Assembly (NCBI GenBank): GCA_963751275.1
Contig: CAVVTZ010000007.1
Location: 608,001 to 672,000, forward strand
DNA from: an uncultured Gemmatimonadaceae bacterium
GTDB lineage: Bacteria > Gemmatimonadota > Gemmatimonadetes > Gemmatimonadales > Gemmatimonadaceae
Length of the DNA: 64,000 nucleotides
Direction: 5' to 3'
The notes below the pieces were generated by a model. That model was not told where the DNA came from. It was given only the letters and a program-made list of their open reading frames with translations, and ran no database searches. This document shows, piece after piece, positions 51,496 to 63,379 of the stretch. Positions within the stretch are counted from its first letter, which is position 1; the number at the start of each line of letters is the position of its first letter. The translations under genes were made by a program, and so were the position numbers.

Positions 51496-53085
51496 ATGGC
51501 GAAGCCGATCGCGATAGCGGGCATCCTGGGGGCATTGTGCGTGCCCGCAGTCCGGGCGCAGCAGAAGGACGTCGACGTGACGTCGTATCACTTCACCATC
51601 ACGATCCCGGACACCGGCACCTCGATCACCGGCAGGGCGCAGGTGCGCTTCCGCGCCGCCGCGGGCTACGACGACACGCTGCGACTCGACCTCGTCGGCA
51701 TGAGCGTCGGCGCCGTCACCGGCCAGGACTCCCGCACGCCGCTGCCCTTCAGCTACGACGGCAAGATCATCCGCATCGCCGCCCCCGGACTTGGCTTCCA
51801 CGGCGTGGTCGTGGACTACTCGGGCTCGCCCAGCGATGGGTTCCTCATTGGCACCAACGCCCGCGGCCGCCGCTCGGCGTTCGCCGACGACTGGCCCAAC
51901 CGCGCGCGCTATTGGCTGCCCACGATCGATCACCCCAGCGACAAGGCGCGCGTCGCCTGGACGGTGATCGCGCCCAAGGGGTGGCGCACGGTGAGCAATG
52001 CGCCGCAGTGCGTGAAGGGAGCGGTCCCGGTCGCGGCCTGCACGGAATCGGTGCAGATCCCCACGTACACGATGGTCATCGGCTCCGGCGAGATGTCGGT
52101 GGCCGCGCACCGCCCGGCCGTCGTCGGGCACGACACGATCCCGATCGAGGTCTGGACGTACCCCGAGGATTCGGCCTTCGCGAACGACGTGCCGTTCGCC
52201 CGCGCCACGGAGATCGTCGAGACGATGTCGCGCCTCGTCGGGCCGTATCCGTACTCGAAGCTCGCGCACGTGGAATCGTCCACGCGCTACGGCGGCATGG
52301 AGAACGCGACGGCGATCTTCTACGCCGAGGGTCCGTACGTGAAGCGCACGATGAAGGAAGGCGTCGTGCGCCACGAGACGGCGCACCAGTGGTTCGGCGA
52401 CGCGGTGACGCCGCGCGAATGGGCGCACCTGTGGCTGAGCGAGGGTTTCGCGAGCTACTTCGATCTCGTGATCGGCGCGGCGCTCAGCGGCGACTCGGTG
52501 CTCGTGAACGGCATGAGGCGAGACAAGGCCGAGTGGCTCGACGCGAACGTCATGAACCGGCCGGTGGTGGACATCTTCGAGAAGGATCCGAACAAGCTGC
52601 TCAACGCGAACGTGTACCCGAAGGGCGCGTGGGTGCTGCACATGCTGCGCGAACAGGTGGGCGACTCCGCGTTCTTCCGCGGCGTGCGCGCGTACTACCA
52701 GGCGTACCGCGACACCTCGGTCGTGAGCGCGCAATTCCAGGAGAAGATCGAGGATGCATCGGGGCAGCGGCTCGGCTGGTTCTTCCAGCAGTGGCTCTAC
52801 CAGGCGGGCTGCCCGAAGCTGCAGGTGCGCTGGACGGCGGACACCACGGCGCACACGCTGCAGCTGACCGTGCTGCAGGTGCAGCCGCAGGCGTGGGGGC
52901 GGTTCCGTCTGCCGTCGCTGCCGCTCGCGCTCGTGATGCCCGACGGCAGCACGGAGCGGCGCACGATCACGGTGATCGCGCAGAACGAGACGGTGGTGAC
53001 GCTGCCACTGGCCGGCGCGGCTCCGGCGGACTTGATGGTGGATCCCGACGGCACTTTGCTCGTAGTGTCCACGGTGCTACGCTGA
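51496..53085 (+). CDS. M1 family aminopeptidase, secreted
   Basis: GGMEN, HETAHQWFG...WLSEGFA, YPKGAWVLHMLR. Confidence 0.93.
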   Translation: MAKPIAIAGILGALCVPAVRAQQKDVDVTSYHFTITIPDTGTSITGRAQVRFRAAAGYDDTLRLDLVGMSVGAVTGQDSRTPLPFSYDGKIIRIAAPGLGFHGVVVDYSGSPSDGFLIGTNARGRRSAFADDWPNRARYWLPTIDHPSDKARVAWTVIAPKGWRTVSNAPQCVKGAVPVAACTESVQIPTYTMVIGSGEMSVAAHRPAVVGHDTIPIEVWTYPEDSAFANDVPFARATEIVETMSRLVGPYPYSKLAHVESSTRYGGMENATAIFYAEGPYVKRTMKEGVVRHETAHQWFGDAVTPREWAHLWLSEGFASYFDLVIGAALSGDSVLVNGMRRDKAEWLDANVMNRPVVDIFEKDPNKLLNANVYPKGAWVLHMLREQVGDSAFFRGVRAYYQAYRDTSVVSAQFQEKIEDASGQRLGWFFQQWLYQAGCPKLQVRWTADTTAHTLQLTVLQVQPQAWGRFRLPSLPLALVMPDGSTERRTITVIAQNETVVTLPLAGAAPADLMVDPDGTLLVVSTVLR

Positions 53086-53110
53086 GGGCGTCCCCAACAA
53101 TGGTGGCGGC

Positions 53111-53478
53111 ATGAACCCGAATCTGCGCGACCGGATCCTGCGCAAGCTCGACGAGCTCCCCGACGAGCGCGGCTATCAGCTGCTCGACTACGTGGAGTTC
53201 ATGGAGTCGAAGTACGCCGGCAAGACGGCGGTCGCGCCCGGCGCGTTCGAGCGGTTCGCCGAGGGGGTGGAGGACACGCTGCGCGCCGGCAAGGTGAGCG
53301 CGTCCACGATCGCGGAAACAATGGGCCTGCTGAACAAGGCGATGAACGTGCTGGGCGGCGTGGCGGCGACCGGGAAATCGCTCGCGAGCGACGCGGTGGA
53401 CACCGCGGTGCGCATGACCGCCGAGCGCAAAGTGCCGCCCGCGCCGCCGGGGCGCCCGCGGATCCGGCGAAGAAGTGA
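53111..53478 (+). CDS. Hypothetical protein (N-terminus DUF2281-like); 3' end uncertain, probable frameshift
   Basis: LDELPDE...LLDYVEF..KY pattern; ORF track runs to 53695, overlapping the next gene. Confidence 0.55.
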
Positions 53479-53882
53479 CCGCGCCGCCGCTCCGCCGCCC
53501 GCGCACCGGCGCGCGGCGTACGCTCGCCTCCGCGATCGCCGCGATCCCGCGCTATCTGCGCCTGCTCGCCGGCTTGATCATGGACCGCCGCGTGGCGGTG
53601 TTCGACAAGGTGCTGCTCGCCGCCGCGATCGTGTACGCCGTGAGTCCCATCGACCTGATCCCCGATTTCTTCCCCGTGATCGGTCTTGCCGATGACGTCT
53701 TCTTCATCAGCCTCGCCGTCCGCCGCCTCGTGAGCCACGCCGGAATGGACGTCATCCTCGACCACTGGTCCGGCGACCCCAATGAACTGAGCGAAGCGCA
53801 TCTGAACTTGACCGTCTCGGCCGCATCGTTCTTTCTGCCGCGCTCAATCCGGACCCGTTTGGAGCGACGCGCCCGCCGGTAG
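53475..53882 (+). CDS. YkvA/DUF1232 family protein
   Basis: K..L...Y..SPIDLIPDFFPVIGLADD. Confidence 0.88.
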   Translation: MTAPPLRRPRTGARRTLASAIAAIPRYLRLLAGLIMDRRVAVFDKVLLAAAIVYAVSPIDLIPDFFPVIGLADDVFFISLAVRRLVSHAGMDVILDHWSGDPNELSEAHLNLTVSAASFFLPRSIRTRLERRARR

Positions 53883-55517
<1,635 letters not shown>

Positions 55518-55519
55518 GT

Positions 55520-55676
55520 TGCAGTCAACAGCAAACAGTCACGAGAACTGCACGGCAGTCGACAGTCAACAGTCAACAGCTCACAGAAATCGGATCGCGC
55601 ACGGGACTGACTTCTGTGAGCTGTTGACTGTTGACTGTACACTGGCGGTCACTCGTGACTGTTAGCTGTTAGCTGC
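55520..55676. repeat. Palindromic MITE/REP-like element, copy 1 (heptamer CAGTCAA arms)
   Basis: Inverted arms AACAGTCACGAG / CTCGTGACTGTT and ACAGTCAACAGCTCACAGAA / TTCTGTGAGCTGTTGACTGT; homologous to 60317-60495. Confidence 0.85.
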
Positions 55677-55684
55677 CGGCCAGA

Positions 55685-57628
55685 ATGCCAAATCCTGCTC
55701 TCCCGGCGTGGTTCTTAGGCCCTCGCGCAGAAAACGCGGAGTTACTCGAGCGTTTGATCGTCGAGTCGTTGCGCGATCACGTCTTCTGGCGCAGAAATTT
55801 CCATCCCGAAGACGGCTTCACCATTCGGGAAACGGATAAGAGATCCGAAGGCTACGAACGCGCCGTCGCCACCATGACCCAGGAACTCATGGGTCTCCTC
55901 GCCGAGCTCAAGCGGGGCGTTCCGTTCTTCAGCGGCCGCTATAAAGGCCACATGAGTTTCGAGCAGACGCTCGCCAGCCAACTCGGCTATTTCGCGGCGA
56001 TGCTCTACAATCCCAACAACGTCGCCTTCGAGGGCTCGCCGGTCACCACGCGGCTCGAGCTGGAAGTCGCGGCCGATCTCATGCGCATGATCGGCTACGA
56101 TCCGGCGGCGTCGTGGGGTCATCTCACGTCGGGCGGCACGGTCGCGAACTTCGAGGCGCTCTGGATCGCGCGGAACATCGCCTATCTCCCGCTCGCGGTC
56201 GCGGGCGCGGCGAACGAGCTGGGGGTGAAGCTCGACGTCACGCTGCCGGGCGGTTCGCGGGCGGTTGTGAACGAACTGCCGCTCTGGAAACTCGTGAACA
56301 TCTCGAATGCCGCGGCGCTCGATCTGTGGCATGCGCTGTTCGCTGCGGCACCGCGTGAAAAGGTCCAGCACGCGCTGAGCGAACACTCGCTCGCCACCGT
56401 GGGTTACCAGGATTACGCGCACCGTCTCGAGAAGGCATACGGCGATCCGCTGCCCGCGGGCGTCGTGCTCGTCGCCGCGACGGCGCACTACTCCTGGGAG
56501 AAGATCGTGCGCGCGCTGGGCATCGGGTCCAACCAGATCGTGTATGTGCCGGTGGATGCGCACTATCGCATGGACCCCGACGCGCTCTGGGAGCGCGTGC
56601 GCGATCACACGAAGACGAACACGCCCGTCATGGCATGCATCTCCGTGTGCGGCACCACCGAGGAGAGCGCGGTGGACCGGCTGGACGCGGTGCTCGCGGT
56701 GCGCGATCGCGCGGAGAAGGAACTCGGCGTCACCTATCACGTGCATTCGGACGCGTGCTACGGCGGCTACGCGGCGAGCGTGACATGGACCGAGCACGGC
56801 GAGCGCCGCGCCGCGTCCGACATCCGCAAATCGCTGCTCGGCCTCGATTGGCCCACCGAGGACTGGGTGCGCGCGATGGAGGCGCTCGGCCGAGCCGACT
56901 CTGTGACGATCGACCCGCACAAGCTCGGCTACTGCCCGTATCCCGCGGGCGCGTTCCTGCTGCGCGACCGGCGCGCGCGGGAGCTCGTGAGCACCGATCC
57001 TCCGTATCTCGCGCCGGTGGCCGGCGCCGCGGCGGCGACGCGAGCGAGGAGCGCTTCCTTGGCCGCTACATCTTCGAGGGATCCAAGCCCGGCGCGAGCG
57101 CGGCGAGCGTGTGGCTCAGCCACAAGGTGCTCCCGCTGAACGAACGCGGGTATGGCCATCTCATCGAGCGCACCGTGCTCGGCGCGCGGCGATTGCACGC
57201 GGCACTGGGCGGCGAGCCGCTGGGAGAATTCCGCGCGGTGATGCTCCCCGAGCCGGACATCAACATCGTCTGCTGGGTGATGCACCACCCGTCGCTCAAG
57301 ACGCTCGACGGCGGTGAATGCGCTCAATGAGTCGATCTACGAGCGCATGAGTCTCGCGCGGGCCGGCGCGCAGCCGGAGTACATCATCACGCGCACGCGG
57401 TTCCAGAGTCCAATGTACGACGGGGCGGTGGATGGGCTGCTGCAGGCATTGGGCGTTTGCACGCCGGCGCAGTGGAAAGCCAACGGTGTGAGCGGGCTGG
57501 TCGTATTACGCTCGACCGTCATGGACCCGTTCCTCGTGAGTCCGCCGCCGGCGCCGGATCATGTGCGTGGATTCCGGAAGGCGCTGATCAAGGCGGCGGA
57601 GAGTGCGCTGAGGGGCGTCGCGCCTTGA
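55685..57628 (+). CDS. Group II PLP-dependent decarboxylase, tyrosine decarboxylase-like (frameshifts near 57040 and 57315)
   Basis: FLGPRAEN, AMLYNPNN, GHLTSGGTVANFEALW, HYSW.K, GTTEE.AVD, DPHKLGY, EGSKPGA. Confidence 0.88.
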
Positions 57629-57719
57629 CAAGGGTCCGGACGGCGGAGAAAATAGGCGCACTACTGCAAAGGCGCGTCTAGCGTATGGTACGACAAAATA
57701 TCGCAAGGGAGAGTTCCGC

Positions 57720-59180
57720 ATGAGCCTATCGTCAGTCAAATCTGTTGCCTCGCTGCAGGCGGAGGCCGCCGCGGAAGGTGCGGGGACTCTCAAGCGCGCA
57801 CTGGGCGCGCTCAATCTCACGACGCTCGGGATCGGCGCGATCATCGGCGCTGGTATCTTCGTGCTCACCGGCAGCGCCGCGGCGCAGTACGCCGGCCCGG
57901 CGATCCCGCTCTCGTTCGTCATCGCGGGCATGGGCTGTTTGTTCGCCGGCCTCTGCTACGCCGAATTCGCGAGCATGATCCCGATCGCCGGCAGCGCATA
58001 CACGTATGCGTATGCGACGATGGGCGAGTTCGTCGCGTGGATCATCGGATGGGACCTGATCCTCGAGTATCTCTTCGGCGCGGCGACGGTCGCGGTGGGC
58101 TGGTCGGGCTATTTCGGCGCGCTGATGAAGAATGCCGGGATCGATCTGCCCGTCGGGTGGACGACGGCGCCCTATGGCCTGGAGGGCACGCACCATCTCG
58201 TGCACATCGCCGGCGGCATCATCAATCTGCCTGCCGTGCTCCTGATCTTCGCGATGACCCTGCTGCTGGTGATCGGCATCAAGGAGAGCGCGAACTTCAA
58301 CAACGTGATCGTCGTGCTGAAGGTCGCGATCGTCTTCCTCGTGATCGGCTTCGGCTCGATCTACGTGAAGCCGGCGAATTGGCACCCGTGGATCCCGGCG
58401 AACACCGGAACGTTCGGCCAGTTCGGGATCAGCGGCATCATTCGCGCGGCGGCCGTCGTCTTCTTCGCCTATATCGGATTCGACGCGGTGTCCACGGCGG
58501 CGCAGGAAGCGCGGAATCCGCAGAAGGACCTGCCCATCGGCATCCTGCTCTCGCTCGGCATCTGCACGGTGCTCTACATCCTGATGTCGCTCGTGATGAC
58601 GGGGCTCGCGCCGTACACCACGCTGAACGTGGCGCACCCGGTGTCGGTGGCGATCGAAGCGGCCGGCCCGGCGCTCGCGTGGCTCGGCTGGATCGTGAAC
58701 CTGGGCGCGGTGCTCGGTCTCGCGAGCGTGGTGCTCGTGATGCTCATGGCGCAGCCGCGCATCTTCTTCTCGATGTCGAACGACGGCCTGCTGCCGCCGG
58801 CGTTCAGCAAGGTGCACCCGCGCTTCCGCACGCCATACATCCCGCAGATCCTCACCGGGCTCGTGGCGGCGGTCGTCGCCGGCCTGCTGCCGGTGGGGCT
58901 GCTCGGTGAGCTGGTGTCGATCGGCACGCTGCTCGCGTTCGTGATCGTGTGCGCCGGCGTCTGGGTGATGCGCGTGAAGAGCCCGGATCAGGTGCGCCCG
59001 TTCAAGACGCCGCTCGTTCCGCTCGTGCCGATCCTCGGGATCATCAACTGCTTCGGCATGATGGTGTTCCTGCCGCTCGACACGTGGATCCGCCTCGTGA
59101 TCTGGATGGCGATCGGGCTGATCGTGTATTTCTCCTACGGCAAGTCGCATTCGAAGCTCGGGCGCGCTGCAGGCGGCTGA
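57720..59180 (+). CDS. APC-family amino acid permease (cationic amino acid transporter-like)
   Basis: GIGAIIGAGIF, CYAEFASMIP.AGSAY, FFAYIGFDAVST, SIGTL. Confidence 0.92.
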   Translation: MSLSSVKSVASLQAEAAAEGAGTLKRALGALNLTTLGIGAIIGAGIFVLTGSAAAQYAGPAIPLSFVIAGMGCLFAGLCYAEFASMIPIAGSAYTYAYATMGEFVAWIIGWDLILEYLFGAATVAVGWSGYFGALMKNAGIDLPVGWTTAPYGLEGTHHLVHIAGGIINLPAVLLIFAMTLLLVIGIKESANFNNVIVVLKVAIVFLVIGFGSIYVKPANWHPWIPANTGTFGQFGISGIIRAAAVVFFAYIGFDAVSTAAQEARNPQKDLPIGILLSLGICTVLYILMSLVMTGLAPYTTLNVAHPVSVAIEAAGPALAWLGWIVNLGAVLGLASVVLVMLMAQPRIFFSMSNDGLLPPAFSKVHPRFRTPYIPQILTGLVAAVVAGLLPVGLLGELVSIGTLLAFVIVCAGVWVMRVKSPDQVRPFKTPLVPLVPILGIINCFGMMVFLPLDTWIRLVIWMAIGLIVYFSYGKSHSKLGRAAGG

Positions 59181-59202
59181 GCCGCACAGCGATTATCTTT
59201 CC

Positions 59203-59241
59203 AGCGGCGCCCGCGATGGTTTGCGGGCGCCGCTTCGCTTT
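59203..59241 (+). terminator. Intrinsic terminator-like hairpin
   Basis: AGCGGCGCCCGC-N-GCGGGCGCCGCT followed by TCGCTTT. Confidence 0.55.
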
Positions 59242-59252
59242 CCCCTCCGGGC

Positions 59253-60284
59253 ATGACGCCAAAGACGCCGCCACTCCATAGTCCGCTCGCCATTCCGCAC
59301 GCGCGCCGCGAGGCGCTCGAGCGGCTGGCGAAATCGATCGAGCCCGGCATGACGGCGGTGCTGAGTACGCACATCAATTCCGACGGCGACGGCTGCGGCT
59401 CGGAGGCGGCGCTCGCGCTCCTGCTCGCGCAGCGCGGCGTGAAGACGCGCATCGTGAATCCCACGCCGTGGCCGGGGTTGTTCGCCTTCCTGCTCGAGGG
59501 CGTGAGCGATCGCAGCGCCGACGGCGCCAAGGCGCTCGCCGGCGCGGATATGCTCATCGTGCTCGACATCAGCGACGTGAAGCGGCTCGGCTCGCTCGCC
59601 GACGCCGTGCGCGCGTTCAAGGGGCCGAAGCTCGTGATCGATCATCACGTGCCGGCCGCCGAGCCGCCGGGCGAGGTGATCGTGACCGATACAGCGGCGT
59701 GCGCGACCGGGGAGATCGTGTTCGATCTCGCGCGCGTCATGGAACTCGAGATCACGCCGCATGTCGCGCGCGCGTTGTATACCGCGCTGCTCACGGATAC
59801 CGGTGGATTCCGGTTCTCGAATACGTCGCCGAGGTGCCATGCCGTGGCCGCGCAATTGCTGGCGGCGGGGGTAGAGCCGGAGGAGATGTATCGGCAGATC
59901 TATGCGCAGGTGAGCATCGGGCGATTGCATCTGTTGCGCGACGCGTTGGATTCATTGCAGGTGGATCCGGGCGCGGGGCTGTCGTGGATCACGCTGCCGG
60001 CTGGCGTGCTCGAGAAGTATGACGTGAAGTCGGAAGATCTTGACGGGCTATCGGAGCATCCGCGCAGTGTGGCGGGGACGAAGATGGCGTTGTTCTTCCG
60101 GGATCTTGGGCATGGGCAGGTGAAGGTCAGCTTTCGCAGCACGGGGTCAGTGGATGTGAATGCGTTCGCGCGGATGTTCGGCGGCGGGGGGCATGCGCGG
60201 GCGGCGGGGGCGATGATACCCGGGAAGCTTGAGGCGGTGGTGGAGAGGGTCGTTGCCGCGGCGAGATCATTCGTCGCCCACTGA
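59253..60284 (+). CDS. nrnA: DHH/DHHA1 phosphoesterase (NrnA-like oligoribonuclease/pAp phosphatase)
   Basis: HINSDGD, IDHH, TDTGGFRFSN, KVSFRS, GGGGHARAAG. Confidence 0.88.
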   Translation: MTPKTPPLHSPLAIPHARREALERLAKSIEPGMTAVLSTHINSDGDGCGSEAALALLLAQRGVKTRIVNPTPWPGLFAFLLEGVSDRSADGAKALAGADMLIVLDISDVKRLGSLADAVRAFKGPKLVIDHHVPAAEPPGEVIVTDTAACATGEIVFDLARVMELEITPHVARALYTALLTDTGGFRFSNTSPRCHAVAAQLLAAGVEPEEMYRQIYAQVSIGRLHLLRDALDSLQVDPGAGLSWITLPAGVLEKYDVKSEDLDGLSEHPRSVAGTKMALFFRDLGHGQVKVSFRSTGSVDVNAFARMFGGGGHARAAGAMIPGKLEAVVERVVAAARSFVAH

Positions 60285-60316
60285 CTACGACCGCTTCATC
60301 ACCAGGCCGTGAAGGC

Positions 60317-60495
60317 TGCAGCTAACAGCAAACAGTCACGAGGACACGGCAGTCGACAGTCAACAGTCAACAGGTCACAGAAATCCGTTGGCCGAATGCC
60401 TCGACGCGCTCGCCCACGCTTGAACCGTTTTCTGTGACCTGTTGACTGTTGACTGTTGACTGGCAGTCACTCGTGACTGTTTGCTGTTAGCTGCA
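60317..60495. repeat. Palindromic MITE/REP-like element, copy 2
   Basis: Perfect 26-bp terminal IR TGCAGCTAACAGCAAACAGTCACGAG; inner heptamer arms; loop differs from copy 1. Confidence 0.88.
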
Positions 60496-60557
60496 ACGTT
60501 ACGGGCGCTGGTGGCGAACGCCGCAGTTATCCGCGAATTCGCTTAGATTCCCCCTCC

Positions 60558-60818
60558 ATGGCAATATTCGGAAGGAAGAAAGACCCCGCCGACGTGGAGC
60601 GCCGGATCAACGATGCCATCATCGGCATGCGCCCCCTGCTGCATATCGAGAAGATGGATCTCGCCCTCGTATCCTTCGACTCCACGACCGGCGTGACCAT
60701 TCTCCGCATCGCCGGCGATTGCCCCGACTGCGACATGACCGCCACCGAACTCCGCGCCGGCATTGAAGCCCACCTCCGCCTCCGCGTCCCCGAGATCACC
60801 GAAGTGCGCAATGGCTGA
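60558..60818 (+). CDS. NifU C-terminal (Nfu) domain protein
   Basis: MRPLL, GDCPDC, GIE..LR..VPEI.EV. Confidence 0.78.
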   Translation: MAIFGRKKDPADVERRINDAIIGMRPLLHIEKMDLALVSFDSTTGVTILRIAGDCPDCDMTATELRAGIEAHLRLRVPEITEVRNG

Positions 60819-61944
60819 TGCGCTGCAGGCGCGGATCGCGGCGGCGCTCGGCGCGGTCGTGAATCCACGCACGGGACAGGATGTCGTGTCGTCCGAGATG
60901 GTGCGCGATGTGGGCGTGTCCGTCGAGGGACGCGTGCGTTTCACCTTGCTGCTCGACGCGCGCGATCCGGCGTCGCTCGTGCGCGATGCGCGGCAATCGG
61001 TGGAGAAAGTGGATGGCGTGCAGGACGTGCGCGTGGACGTGAAGGATCCCGCGCAGGCCGCTGCGCCCAAGCCCGCCGCGGTCGCGGTGCCCAAGAGCCG
61101 GGCGCTGCCGGTGATGGGACAGGAACCGCAATCGCGGAAGGCCGCCGTGCCCGCGCCGACTCCGGTCGCGTATCCGAATCTCGGCCGCGTGCTGGCGATC
61201 TCGTCGGGCAAGGGCGGCGTCGGCAAGTCGACCGTCGCGGTGAACCTCGCCGTGGCGCTCGCGAAGAGCGGCAAGCGGGTGGGCATCATCGACGCCGACA
61301 TCTACGGGCCCGAACCTGCCGCGGATGATGGGCGTGAACGAGCCGCCGCCGGTGATCGACGAGAAGATCCATCCCGCTCGAGGCGTACGGCGTCAAGCTG
61401 ATGTCGATCGGCTTCCTGATCGAGCGCGATCCGCCGGCGATCTGGCGCGGCCCGATCATCATGAAGATCATCACGCAGTTCCTGGCGCGACGTGCAGTGG
61501 GGGCAACTCGACTATCTGCTCGTGCGACATGCCGCCCGGCACCGGCGATGCGCAGCTCTCGCTGGTGCAGGCGACGCACGGTGCACGGCGCGGTGATCGT
61601 CACCACGCCGCAGGAGGTGGCCGTCGGCGATGCGCTGCGCGGCGCGAAGATGTTCGAGCGCGTCGACGTGCCCGGTGCTCGGCATGGTCGAGAACATGAG
61701 CTACTGCATCTGCCCGCACTGCGGGAAGCCGACGGCCATCTTCGGTTCGGGCGGCGGCCAGCTGCTCGCGAACGAACTCGAGCTGCCGCTGCTCGGGGAG
61801 ATCCCGCTCTTCCCGCCGGTGCGCGAGGGGGGCGACAATGGCGTGCCGATCGTGATCTCGCAGCCGGATTCGCCGGCGGCGCGCGCGCTCACGGCTCTGG
61901 TGGAGAAGATCGTGCAGGCGCTGCCCGCGCCCGCGCGCGCGTGA
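60811..61944 (+). CDS. mrp: Mrp/NBP35/ApbC Fe-S cluster carrier ATPase (frameshifted)
   Basis: [44 protein letters not shown]. Confidence 0.92.
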
Positions 61945-63375
61945 CCGAGACCGTTCCCGCGGTCGAGCCGTTCGAGGAACCCTCGGCGGCGCTCCCGATC
62001 AGCTCGCGCGATGGACTCGTTTCCGTCGCCGTCACCGACGAGCACGCGGCGCACCCCAAGCTCGTCAGCGGGCCGCTCGCGCGGACGATCGCGAGCGTCG
62101 CGATCCCGAGCGTCGGCAGCATCTTCCTGCTCACCTTCTTCATTCCTCGGCCGACGCGTACTGGGTGGGCACGCGCATCGGGCCCGGTGGGGCTCGCCGC
62201 GGTCTCGACATCCATCTTCTGGATCTGGGCCATCGTCAGCCTCGCGGAGCTCGTGAGCGTGGGGCTCACCGCCGTTGCCGCGCGGCGGCACGGCGAAGGA
62301 AGGCCGGAGCTCGCAGCGCGCGCGGTGGGCGATGCGCTCGTGTTCACGCTCGTGCTGTCGGTGGTCGTCGCGGTACTCGGCCGTCTCTTCCTCAGTTCGC
62401 TCTTCGGACTGGAGCACACGCCGCCCGAAGTGACGGCGCTCGGCAAGCAGTATCTCGGCATGTATCTGCTCGGCGCGCCGCTGGTGTTCGGCTATTTCAC
62501 CGTGGACGCGAGCTTCCGTGCGAGCGGCGACACGAAGACGCCGCTGATCCTCATCCTGGTGTCCGTGACCGCCGCGGTGATGCTGGACCCGGTGCTGATC
62601 ATGGGGCTCGGACCCGCGCCGAAGCTCGGGATCGCGGGAGCGGCCGTGTCCATGCTGCTCACGCGGCTCGCGACGCTCATCGTGGGCGTGACGATCCTCG
62701 TGCGCCGGCGCATGGTGAAGTTCGGGCGCGTGTCGTTCGAGACGCTCGGCACCATTGTGCGTGTGGGTCTGCCGACCGCCGTCACGGGGGTCGTGTTCAG
62801 CCTGATCTACGTGCTTCTCACGCAGACCACATTGCGCTTCGGCACGCCCGCGCTCGCCGCCTTGGGCGTGGGACACCGCGTGGAGAGCTGGGTCTACATG
62901 GTGGGCGTGGGATTCGGCGCGGCCGCGGCGGCGATGGTCGGGCAGAATCTCGGCGCGCGACGCCCCGATCGCGCGCGGCGGTCGGGATGGATCGCAGTGG
63001 GGATGGCGACGAGCATCGGCCTGATCGGCGCGCTGCTCGAGTACACGTGCGCCGTGCGCTTCGCGAATGTCTTCACGCACGACGCCGACGTCATCGCCGA
63101 GGCGGCGAAGTATCTGCGGATCGGCGCCGTGTCCACCGTGTTCGCGCCGGCGGAGCTGCGTGCTCGAAGGTGCACTCGGCGGCGCGGGGGACACGCTGCC
63201 GCCCATGCTGACGTCCACCTTCCTCACCGCGATGCGCGTGCCCCTCGCGATCTGGGCCGCGCCGAAGTGGGGGACCGCGGGGATCTGGTGGGTCCTGTCA
63301 TTCACCGCCGCTGGACGCGGGCTGGCGATGATGGGACTTTGGAAGTGGAGGCGGTGGGATCTGAAGAAAGTCTAG
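61941..63375 (+). CDS. MATE family efflux transporter (frameshifts near 62150 and 63160)
   Basis: FRASGDTKTP, LDPVLI...LGIAGAA, MVGQNLGA, GAGDT. Confidence 0.9.
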
Positions 63376-63379
63376 TGCT

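Noticed and set aside
55520..60495. Repeats as a CRISPR array or integron attC sites
   Set aside because: No regularly spaced identical repeats with unique spacers, no cas or integron integrase in the window, and no RYYYAAC/GTTRRRY bounded cassette array.
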